Source: Kondoa subrosea (taxonomy: Eukaryota). From it: a stretch of DNA of 64,000 bases. Under the pieces are notes generated by a model. It saw nothing but the letters and a program-made list of their open reading frames with translations, searched no databases and was not told where the DNA came from. Where the stretch lies: NCBI GenBank assembly GCA_039545335.1, contig BCIN01000009.1, forward strand, positions 248,001-312,000, written 5' to 3'. The position numbers and the translations under genes are program-made. Positions 12,903 through 24,541 of the stretch are shown piece by piece (positions within the stretch are counted from its first letter, which is position 1; each line of letters begins with the position of its first letter).

Positions 12903-14427
12903 TTAACCATGGCTGAACGACTCTTGTCTAAGTGGCTCTAGCTCTGAAACTTGCGAAAACACTGCGCCCATCAAACGGGCGTGGTGCATGCGTCCTGCAT
13001 TGCTTATTTGTAAGGTGCCTTTCCGTATATCGTACTTGCGAAAGCCTTCGAAGATACACTTGCTCCAATTTCCGAGATGTATTTCAAGGTGTCGACAGTC
13101 CGATAATCCATTGTGAAAAGATTGATCGAAATAGGTCATGCAAGCTGCAGGATCGGAGTTGTTCCAATGTCGACCTGGCAGGCCTTCACTATAGATGGCA
13201 TTCTCTTTCGATACAATTTGCAGCTGAACAGTGAGGATGGACGTTTCTTCACATAAAGTCTTGATCGATGGCAGATCCTCGCATAATACGTCATTGATGG
13301 ACAGATTCTTCAGCTTAGAAGCAGCGACGCCAATAACTTCGACGAAGCTTGAAAGAGGGGATTTGCGAAACAGCGGACCAGCCAAATGGAGGGATTGAAG
13401 TTGAGGCAATTGCTGCAGAAAGGTCGACCAGAAAGTTGTCGTTCCCTCAGTAAGAGTTGCCCCTGAGATCGTCAGAGATCGAAGCTTTGCGCAGTATGGG
13501 AATTTGCCTGACGGGTTGATGCAATCGTTTCGAAGGTTGAGTCCAGTAGCTAGATCTATATCCTCGCCATCGTGCCATATACCGTAACACTTCGATGGTG
13601 GAGCTACATTGAAATAGGAGCTGTAACCATGAAGAAAGAAGCAAACTGGATCCTTCGTCGTCGTGCCTTGTGTAAAGATGGAGTTCCAAAAGTGTGAGTA
13701 CCGATAGCCGGTAGAGAGGTAAGAGTTCCACAGTTGGTCGAACCAGAGATAGCCGCACAAGGGTTGTTGCGTCGAAGAGGCTATGAAAAACTTCGGGATT
13801 GAAACTGGTTCCGTCGTGCACAGAAATCTGTAGAAAGCGTAGTATAGGGAAATGTATATGCCTCATGTGCTCGAAGGTTGGCCAAATGTCCATTTGCACA
13901 CCTTCATCACAATCATCCTCCGTGTCCTGGACCATAATCTCCAAATTTTCCAGCCAACGCAACCTTCTCAGGATCAATGTACTGGTTTGCAAGAATGCTT
14001 TCGCCTCCAAATCTGCCTCGTCGAGCTGGAAGTCATAATCGTCAAATTCCCAAAGTGGGTCATCTCCAGGATTTCTTCTAGTATCGTTACCATCGGAGTC
14101 TTGAAATTCTTCTTCCGATTTCCAGTTTGGTGCAAGATCCCAGTAAATGTGCTTGACATGTCTGGCATAAGTGGGGTTGGCGGAGAGGGTGAGCAGGAAC
14201 TTGGTATTGCGAAGAGGGCTAATGCTGCGCAGACTATAAGATCGATAAAGGAATGGGAAGGTGATTCTGTAGAAGTCGGACGATGTCCTAGCCAAAGCGG
14301 CCAACGCACTTTGCGAGGCAAAGTTCGCAGGACTCTGAAGGATTTCCACAATATGGCACCAAAGTTCTTCCGCTAGTTCCTCTGCGGCTCGCGAGTACCA
14401 TCATCAACGCGTACGTAGGACAGCCAT
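12903..14427 (-). pseudogene. F-box-like / LRR protein, paralog 2, apparent frameshift near 13585
   Basis: MAVLQELAEELWCHIVEILQ...FYRITFPFLY; shares LRNTKFLxTL, RWLExLEI and WP blocks with paralog 1; homology switches from ORF 13447-14349 to ORF 12903-13760. Confidence 0.6.
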
Positions 14428-15124
14428 AGCAACACTCACTCGTTGGTATTCGATCTCAGAATGCTAACAAATAGATCATGCACGACAGTTGCAGAAGAGA
14501 GTGATCCGGTGACCAAAGGTCACAACAGCGCAGATACGCAAGAGTAGAGAGACGCAGAAGCAGCCGACTGGTAAAAGTCTGCCTTCGCCGAAGTCAAAGC
14601 TCTTGCCAGCGATCTCCTAAGTCTGCGAGACCCGAGGAAGAGAAATTGCCGCAGACAGCTGCACACTGAGGGAAAAGAAGCCTAGGACTGTCTTGCTGGG
14701 CGTCGCCTCAAGACTATCCTGAGTTTCGCTGTTTTTGATAAGGTTGCACCAGGTCAATCAAAACGGAATAATCTCGAGTCCTGCAAAGCCGACACGACTT
14801 TCCGAGGCACTGCTGCATATTTCCTGGTATACAGCAGCGTTCCAACAGACGGAAAGCGGTCTAACAAGTTCTTTTTTGCCAATCCACCTGCAAGTACTGG
14901 CTGCTGCTATCTTCAGCTCACAAGGACCAGTCACTTTCGAAGACTGTCATATATCTCTCAAGCATAGCAGTACTTCAGTCCTGCGAAAGGCTTCTCATCT
15001 CAGTTTCCTCTGACCAAACGAAGTCGGCATTGTAGGCGCCCTACACGGCGATCTCGGCTTATAACTCTTCCAACGCTTGCAACGTCACTAGCCTATACTT
15101 CCTAAGGTACAAAATCATCTCAAA

Positions 15125-17912
15125 ATGTCTGGAGAGGGCGCTAGAGTATGCAGTTTCTCACTCAATGCACAATGCGGGCTCAATTCCTTTGTAGACAGCT
15201 CGTGTCAAGAATAGGGCCCCAGCGGCCATCCAGGTCAGTCTTTTGCGATCGCTGTTGCGGCATCATATTGCAAAGTATTTACTGAAATTTACTCTTCTCG
15301 GACAGATTACTGCAGAGCAGCTGCTACGTGAAGCTGCAGAGCGACAAGAACCTACTGGTAATGCGCCTCGGCAACGTGTAGAAGATTTTGAAGAATTGCA
15401 TGAATATCGAGGAAGAAAACGTCAAGAATTCGAGGAGCGAATCCGAAGAACTCGATCTGACCTGCGAGAATGGACGAAGTATGCTCTTTTTGAGTCTCAG
15501 CAGGGTGAATATGCTAGAGCAAGATCCGTCTTCGAAAGAGCCCTGGATGTAGAACCTACGTCTACGAAACTATGGTTGGCATATTGCGATATGGTGCGGA
15601 TGTCACGAGGGATTTCAGCCTCTCGCTGATTGCTTTTGTTCTATTCGTACAGGAGCTCAAAGCCCGCAATGTTTCCCACGCCAGAAACTTATTCGATAGA
15701 GCAGTCACCCTTCTGCCTCGAATCGATCAAGTTTGGTACAAGTATGTTTACCTCGAAGAACTTCTAGGCAACATTGCAGGTTGCCGACAAGTCTTTGAAC
15801 GATGGATGGCTTGGGAACCGGATGAGAAAGCTTGGTCGGCATATATCAAGCTGGAAATGCGTTACAATGAGTTTGAACGCGCTTCAGCTTTGTGGGAACG
15901 ATTAGTTGCTTGTCATCCTGAACCAAAACTATGGACCAAGTGGTCCAGATATGAAGAGGATCGAGGAAGGGTAGACAGAGCTAGAGAGATTTACCAAATG
16001 GCTTTAGAATTTTTTGGTGAAGAGGAAGAACAGCTGGAGAAAGCTCAGAATCTCTATGGTTCTTTCGCAAAGATGGAGACGAGGCATAAAGAATTCGATC
16101 GAGCCAGAGTTATCTATAAGGTGAAGCCGATCCAGGCCAGATTAGCTTTTGCTAATTTACGTCTCGGTAATGCTCACAGTACGCCCTCGATCGTCTTCCT
16201 AGATCGAAGTCGAGTCAACTCTATGCTTCCTACACGACTTTCGAAAAGCAATACGGTAACCGCTCAGGTATCGAGAGTACCGTTCTCGGAAAACGTCGCA
16301 TCCAGTACGAAGAGGAGTTATCACACGAGCCGATGAACTATGACACCTGGTTCGACTACACTCGTCTAGAAGAAGACGCTTATCATTCTGCTGCTATTGA
16401 TGGCGCGGAGTTGGAGAAAGCAGCAAACAAAGTTCGAGAAGTGTACGAACGCGCTTTGGCTCAAGTACCACCTTCCACAGAAAAGAGGCATTGGAGAAGA
16501 TATATCTACTTGTTCATCAATTATGCATTGTTCGAAGAGATAGAAACCAAGGTCAGCCCCTGTCTTTCATCTTCTACTAGATCGTTCTTGATGTTTTGTC
16601 AGGACTTCGATCGAGCAAGAGATGTCTATAAAGCTGCTATCAAGCTCATGCCAAACAAGCGCTTCACTTTCGCAAAGATTTGGCTCATGTATTCAGCTTT
16701 TGAGATCCGGCGAATGGATTTACCTGCTGCAAGAAAGATTCTGGGCGCTTCGATTGGCATGTGTCCTAAAGAGAAGCTGTTCAAGGTCAGTGTTCACTGC
16801 GTTCTATGATTCCGTGGCTCATCTGTGCTTTAGGGCTACATCGAGCAAGAAATGCAATTGAGGGAATTCGATAATTGTCGAAAATTATATGGCAAATACC
16901 TCGAGGTCGGTGGAAGAAAATTCAGTGTACCTTTCATACTAATTGATTTTCGTCGACGACAGTACGATCCAACCAACGCAGCCGCCTGGATCCGCTTTGC
17001 AGAACTCGAACGCCTACTAGGTGATTTCGCGCGAGCTCGAGGAATCTTTGAACTCGCCGTAGAACAAGAAGCGATCGATATGCCTGAATTGTTGTGGAAA
17101 GCTTATATCGATTTCGAGTTTGAGGAAGAAGAGTGGGACAGGACTCGAGAACTTTATGAGCGTTTGTTGAGGAAGACGAGTCATGTCAAAGTTTGGGTCT
17201 CGTTTGCTCAGGTAAGTTGTCTATTTATATTCGCTATAAGGCGATAATGAGGTTGGATTGCCAACTTACAGTTCGAAGCTAATGCTGGAAGATCTATGGC
17301 TGCTGATTTGGAACCGGATGAGGATGATGAGAATCCTCAACCTGCCGATCCTGAAGAAGTACGAACTCTGATCGAAAGCGGTATGGAAAAAGCTCGCGGT
17401 GTTTTCGAAAGAGGTTATAAGGATCTCAAAAACCGTGATCTGAAAGAAGAGGTACGTGGGAAGGAATTGATGCATTCTTGAATGCTTATCATCGATTGTT
17501 TTGAAACGTACAGCGTGTCGTCCTACTGGAAGCATGGAAAGCGCTCGAATCGAGCTTGGAGTCTGGAAGTCAATTGTCCAAGGTGGAAGCTATGATGCCT
17601 CGTGTGGTGAAGAAGCGAAGGCGTGTGGACGAGGACGGCTCAATGGAAGAATGTACGTCCTTCTTTGCTCTGTACAGTTTGCTTTGTACTCATATTCTGG
17701 CAGACTTCGACCTTATCTTCCAAGACGACGAGCAAACTCAGAACCCTGCTTCATTCAAATTGCTACAGCTTGCTCATCAATGGAAGCTCAAGCAGCAGCA
17801 ACAGGCTCAGGCTGCACAACCCGGAGGAGATGCTCCAGCTACTACCCAACAAGAAGAGGTCGCAGCGGGCATTGTGGAAGAGACAAATGGGGATGCTGCG
17901 ATGGAAGAATAG
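15125..17912 (+). CDS. CLF1: Crooked-neck HAT-repeat splicing factor Clf1/Syf3
   Basis: [76 protein letters not shown]. Confidence 0.96.
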
Positions 17913-18113
17913 TCGTAAACAAGGTGTATCTATGCTGCAGAAATCAAGGGCCTACTAAATAAAATCGCTTCGCGCTTCTTGTTCCGTCCACGATCGAGTC
18001 ATACCAAAGGTGTTATTGGCTATATATCTAGCGCTCAAATACCTAGCTATACCTATCTGACCCTCTGCTAGCCCTGCCTGTTTCTCAGATCTTGTCCTGC
18101 TCAAGTCTTCAAG

Positions 18114-19786
18114 ATGCAGTCGGACGTTCGAGATATTATGAATGCTCCAGCCAAAAGGCCCTCTCTCGCAGCCTCAGGTGGAAGCTCAAGGCCTTCTCGT
18201 GGTCCGCCTAAAGCTCGTACCAAGATGGTAGATGGCATGACCAGAGAATTGTATTCACTTATGGGCGATAATGCGCCTACTATTGCTTTGGCTATGAACC
18301 CTAAACAACCTAAGATGAAGGATAGATTCAAAGCGAAGCCGAAAGCTGTTAAATGGGAGATGCAGCCTTTCGCTAATCAGGCTAGGAAAGATGGGTTGCA
18401 GTTGAGGCATTGGGCTCCCAAGAAGAACGAAGAGCAAGCAGGTCAGTCGGTCCCAAGATCTTGCTCATTATGTAGCTAAATCGTTGGATATATCTGACAG
18501 GCGAATACAAGTTTGCAGCCTACAACACGACTTCCAACATTTACTCTTACTCTTCAGAAGAATACCTCAAGTTCCTTCGAGATGATGACTGGTCAAGAGA
18601 AGAAACCGACTACCTCTTTGAGATGTGTCACACCTATGATTTGCGCTTCATCGTAATTCACGATCGATATGAACCACCTACATTATCTTCCACACCGCCT
18701 ACTCGCACTCTAGAAGATCTGAAAGATCGATACTACACTTGTTGTCGACGTTTGATAAGGGAAAGACCAGCGGCAGATGAAACAGCTAAAACTCAATCTG
18801 CCAATTCCTACTCTTTCGATAAGAACAGGGAAGCAGCTCGGAAGAATTACTTGCGTTCTTTGATGACTCGAACACCAAAACAAATAGCGGAAGAAGAGTT
18901 CTTGTATGTTGAAAGCAGGAAACTGGAGCAGACGTATGCTAGAGCAACGAGGGAAAGGGAAGATTTATTACGATTGTTAGGAGGGATTGGCTCGGGCGTA
19001 CCTATTCCCGGTGTGGTTGCAACTGCAAATTTACCTGGTGCAGCACAACCTGGTGGCAGAGCTGGATCAGTAGCTTCTTCCTCAGCTGCAACCCGAACCA
19101 AAAGAGGAAGAGGTGGTGAAGATTTGGTTGACATGTCTTTCGATGGATCAGCCAGCAGAAGCGGTAAAGGCAAGAACAAAAATTCACTCAAACCAGATCC
19201 AATATTCGATGCGCAGCACCTCATCACTCATCATGACCAAAACCCAGTCATTACTCCTTACGGTTTACCTAAATCCAATTCAACTGGTCCTTCGGCTTAT
19301 CTTCGAAGTACCAAAATGACTTTCGTCAGACCAAATTTACAAATCAAAGTTTCTACCGCTTTGACGGAAATGGGCATCAGCGAAAGATTGGTCATGCCCA
19401 CTAAAGGCAACCAAGACAAGCTTGAACAGCTCAGCGGCGCATTGGCACAACTGGTCGAACTCAAAGCTCAAGTCGATAGGGTTGAGTACGAGTTGCAGGT
19501 AGCAAGAAAGAGGAAGATCAGGTAAATTCCCACCTGCGTCTGTTTGTGTTTTCGCTCATCCACAATTTGACAGAGAGGAAGAAGCTGAGGAAGAAGAAGA
19601 AGCCGAGGTGGCCCAGATCGAACAGGCGAATTCTCAAGCTATGAAAGAAGCCTCCCTTGTGAGTTTACTGTGGCGTTTGAAGCCTATGCTGATTCAGTTT
19701 TTTTTTTGCAGCCGCGAGGAGAACGTAGCGTTTCAGTGTCATCAACCACTAGTGGACGGCCAAACAAGAAGCAAAAAAGAAAGTAG
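18114..19786 (+). CDS. SWC4: SWR1/NuA4 subunit Swc4/Eaf2 (DMAP1), SANT domain
   Basis: GMTRELYSLMG, FANQARKDGLQLRHW, DDDWSREETDYLFEMCHTYDLRFIVIHDRY, RTLEDLKDRYY. Confidence 0.92.
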
Positions 19787-19869
19787 AAAGATTATGGTAT
19801 TCCTATCTGTATTGTAGTGCTATGTACAAAAATGCACGGGTATTCCCATGAAATTAAAGCAAGTAGATT

Positions 19870-22800
19870 ATCCTATACATAGTGCCTTCGGCGTACTTCG
19901 TCAGACCAGAGAAGATGCCAGCGTCCAAAACACATCAATGAATAGCAACGGCTCGCATTACTGTGACTTCAGCGGCGCGATGTATGACTTGGGCAACGGC
20001 AGAGGTGAAGGTAGCGGATGACTGTTGACTTTGGTGTCATCGTGTTCGCTCATAGACATGTACTCCGCTTCGTCTGCCTCTTCTGCCAGAGCGTCTTCGC
20101 TTTTGAAATAAGATGGCTTTTTGGAGGGCGACTCAGGTTTGGCTGAAGGTGATCCAGAGGGAGTGATAGGTGCCACGGCAGATACACGTGCCGCATTCTT
20201 ATCGAGAGGGCGACTGGGCGGGCTCTTTTCTGGCGCTTCAACCTGAACCTCAGGCGGATGATCGACCTCGGACTCAACATCTTCGTGAGTCTCGTCGCCT
20301 GATGAAGTATCGGATTCTCCTTCCTTCAGCGGAGATTGTGAGGAAGCTTTGCCGTTTGCAGAGACGGGTTTCGCTTCTGATGACAGAGTGCCATTCGATG
20401 AGATTCCTGCATTCCGTAGAGCAGCTTGTATCTTGAGCATAGCCTCCTGTAGATCCTACGATCGAAGTAAGAGCACGTAATAAGATTCTGCAGACCAGCT
20501 CACCAATCTGCGACCTTCGATTGGCTCCTCATCTTCGGTCAGCTCTTCCTCAAGTTCTGACAAATCAGCCGAGAGCAGCGAGCTACCAGGATTTGAGGCT
20601 GAGCGAGGGTGATTTCTCTTGCTGCGCTGAGTCCTGGACGAATGTGACAAACGTGAATTGGGTCGAGAAGTTGCCGGTTCACTGGCTGATCCATCAAGAG
20701 CCTGCTCAGATTATCAGCATGCACTATCGCCCATCTCTAGAGAGCTCACATTGCTCAGAGTGCTATTGATCTCAGCCAACATGGCATCTCTTTGTTCGGC
20801 AATCTCAGCTTGAATCTGCGTGACTTTCTGTAGTTCCGCGACTGCCGTGGTATGAGCTTGTTCAGTTTCAGCGAGACGAGCCCTAAGATATCTCTGGTTA
20901 GCGATGAATAGCAAAGCACAAAACAGTCTTACTTTAGTTGCTGCTGAGCGCTGTTCTGCTCGCTGACTACGCCACTGAGACGCCTGAGCTCCTTCTTCTC
21001 CTTATCCAGCTTGAGCTTCAGTTGCTGACTTTCTGAAGCGAGCTTTGTCGAGAAGGAATTAAAGACATCGAAACTATAAGACCGATGTCAGTTCGCAAAC
21101 GAGATGAACAAGCTATTCTAACTCACTGTTGCTTCCATTCTGCAGATTCAGACATGAGGAAAGCCAGACGCCTATTGAGACGCCAAAGCTTTGCTTCCAT
21201 CAGATCTCTGCGATCAACAAAGCTAGCCGAATGCCTTCGAAGTATTGACTGAACATGTACAGCAGAAGGATCAAGCTGAACTTGTTTACGTGCAGAGGTT
21301 TTGGAAAAGAGAGATTTGAAACCGGTACTTGGTTGCTTCGATAGGATAGTATCCAAAGTTGCGAAGACCTTTTGTTCATCGAAGTCCCAATTTGAAGGTG
21401 GTGTAAGTCTTTCGGCAGATGTAGGTTGTCCTAGCAACATGCGTCAGCTTCAATAGAGACGAATCCTACTCTGACTGACCATCGACCTCGATCAGAGAGA
21501 ATGGTCTGAAGCGATTCTGAGGGAAAGCCATAGAAATCTCTTGTGGAACACCAAATACGTTCTTGGGTCTTGCAATAACTTGCTCGAGTTGATTGACGAA
21601 CTTGCTTCGTACAGCACCACCAGACAAAGCACCTGGAGCGGGTGCGGCGCAATTGATTCGATCGATGTCCAGATCAACAACGCAGATTTCTAGTGCACGT
21701 TTTAGTCTGAAGCCTTGACGAAGCAGTAGATACTGACCTTTTGCGCAGCCGACGGCGAGAGATCTACAACTTGCTTCCAGACCTAGAACGAACGGCCCCG
21801 GATCTTGCAAGTAAAGAGCAACATCGCGTGCATGCACAGCTGCATGCGTTATCCCAGTCCAGCCTCTGACTTCGAGTATAGTCTTGATTGTTTCGCAAGC
21901 GATGCTCAGCATCATCACATGTTGGGAAACGAGAACGACCCGTCCCATTGGCGACAAGGCGACCTCGAGAATTGTGAGCAGAGTATCGGCGCTTACTGCC
22001 GAAAACAGAGGCCAGACAGTGAGGTTTGGTTTCATGTATGAAGCAGATGCCAGGTGCATCTTGCCAGGACATTCAGCTACGAAGAAGACATCGCTGTCGT
22101 GATCTGGAGAGGATATCGGAAAAATAAAGGGAATCTATACATGGTACTAACCTGTCGGAACTCGAATGATGCTACCTGGTTTCGAAACAGGAGTGTTGAG
22201 GAAGTTGTTGAGTGCAAGACTGTGCTTGGATATATCTTGATGATGTTTAGCCCAAGAAATCCTCAAGACATCGGTCATGAGTTCATATAACGGCCATCTC
22301 GAGACCAAAGTGAGACTGAACGGCAGCCAAAGTGGTTGCTGAGGAACGACAATACCACTAGGTTTGCCATTAGACATGATAGCAGGTCTTTCATATTCAG
22401 TTTCGGTAAAGTATGCTTCAGTTTCCATTTCTGTTTCAGCCCCACTTCGAGCATCGCCATTGTAAGTTGGGCTACTCATCTTTTCGATTCTTTTTGCGGT
22501 TTTGCGAGAAGACGCAGCTGCTTTGACTGCTCTTGCGACATTATGTGTCTTGGCTTTGTTACCGCCTTCTATGGCTGACCTGATCGCTTGAGCTCGAGCC
22601 TTGTCAGCCACATGACTGTATACAGTGAGAGTCGTAGCGTAGTATACAGTATCGGCATCAGACAAAGAAGGTCTGTTGGCGCCGATCATGAGATCGAATT
22701 GCTGACTGAGTCCAGCTGCGCCAGAAAGCTGAGGCGATTCCGTATTTGCTGAAACAGTAAAGCTATATGTATGCATTGTGCTTGGTGGTGCCAAAGAGCT

Positions 22801-24177
22801 GCTCAATCGATCAACTACTGCTTCTTGGCGCTAAGCTTCAAAAGCTCACTTTGCAATAACTTCTACATCTTTGGTGAAAGAAAGTTTGATAGCTATCACA
22901 ATACAGTTGAGTTGGTTACCAGAGAAACAACGCTTCTTAACGGACCTTTGGCTTGAATCTTCAAGATTTCACCAGGCGGTAAATCCGGCTGACCAGTGGA
23001 AACGAATCCTTCCAATTTACTTCTACCTTTTGGTGCTCGTCGTTTCCCAGCTCTAGAGTTACTCTCAGGAATCAATTGTTCTCCAGCAACGCTTGAACCC
23101 AAAATTTCTGGTCGATAGTAGATTGGAACAGCATTCTCGCTATGTGCAACAATTGTGTCCTTCTCGCTTTCATTCCAGTGAGAAGGATCTTTAGGTAGTC
23201 CCGAAACTAGATACAAGCAAGCGAGAGTTCGAGTACCGTTGCTTGCGGAAGTAGCTTCAGCTGAAGTGACTTTGATTGCTGGTTGAACAGGTGGAAGATC
23301 AGCTGAGGAGACGGCAGCTCTATTTTGAGTCTGATATGGAGATGGAATAGAAGGAAGAGCTGGTACGCCAGAAGCGATAGCTGTCATATTACTGCTAGTG
23401 GAAGAAATTGCCCTAGTTCGAGCAGTGTCAGAGGTAGTGCGATATCTCAAAGAACTCTTGATTGGTTGAGTTGGTGAGTGATTAGGTCCACCATTCCTCT
23501 GTCTGCGCATTGCCTTGAAACCGTCACTATCTGGAGAACTTGGAGCAGTATAAGTTCCGTTAAAGGTGTCTTCTGCCTCTTCATCGACATCCCCTGCTCG
23601 ACCACTAGCAGTACTGATAGCTAGAGAACGACGAAAGGAGGAAGAGCTTTCTTTCGCTTTGCGAGCTTGCGGTATTACTGGTTCTCCAGAACCTAGCCGC
23701 GGCGAGCTAGGTGATCCGCTAGGCTTCAAGTTGAGACCAGTGAAGACTTCAACTGCTTTAGGACTCTTTGTGGGCTTGATTCAAAAGACTTCAGACTTAA
23801 AGAAGTATGAGATGATCTTGAGATTTACTCACAATTCCGCTCAACACTTGAGCAGCTTTCACTTTCTGTGTATTTGCAGGCAGATCCACTTCTTTAATCG
23901 CATGTGTGCCATTCCTCTTGACGCTCGGCCCTTCAGCAGACTTCTCGCTCGGGAATCGACTATGCGAGCGAGCTGGGATTTCTGGTGATGATTGCAAAGG
24001 CGGATCCATTCGAAAGGGATCTCCAATAGTTGATGTTGTTGAAGAAGGACGTTCTGCTTTGCTTGAAGCCAGAGATTTGAAGGAACTAGAGTGCGCTAGC
24101 GATCTGGCCGAACTAGCGAATCGCTGGTGGATGGGACTCTGGGAAGTCATTTGAGACTTGAAATCAAGAGTAACCAT
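19870..24177 (-). CDS. DENN-domain protein (putative Rab GEF) with C-terminal coiled coil
   Basis: LYLVSGLPKDP, YRPEILGS, HTYSFTV, WLPFSLTLVSRWPLYELM, WPLFSAVSADTLLTILEVALSPMGRVVLVS, DPGPFVLG; ends approximate. Confidence 0.8.
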
Positions 24178-24541
24178 AGATGGAGAACGCACAAGACGTG
24201 AAAATTTAGATCAGAACGAAAGCATTGGCACTTGAATTTGAAAGAATGGAAGTTTGCTAAGGCGGGGTAATTTTCTCCAAAGGGATCCTTCCCAGAATTG
24301 CCCTGATGTACTTGTGGTATAGCACAACTGCCAAGCGAGCGATTATCTAACAAGGTTTAGTACGCAGATCTTCGATCGGACGTTCAGAGACAAGCGTCGC
24401 TGGAGTCCCAATCCGGGTGCAACCTGAAGAATTATAGAAGCGACGAGTGAAAGTCAGCCGGACGACAGTGGATGCTTTATATTTCATGAAGTGTTACAAT
24501 GTTGTGCAATAAGATTACCAAACTAGAAATGTTTTTTTAAG

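Noticed and set aside
15031..15045. TGTAGG-CGC-CCTACA hairpin as a possible right end of the island
   Set aside because: Only 6 bp, no nearby CTRR or target duplication, and it lies in the CLF1 promoter
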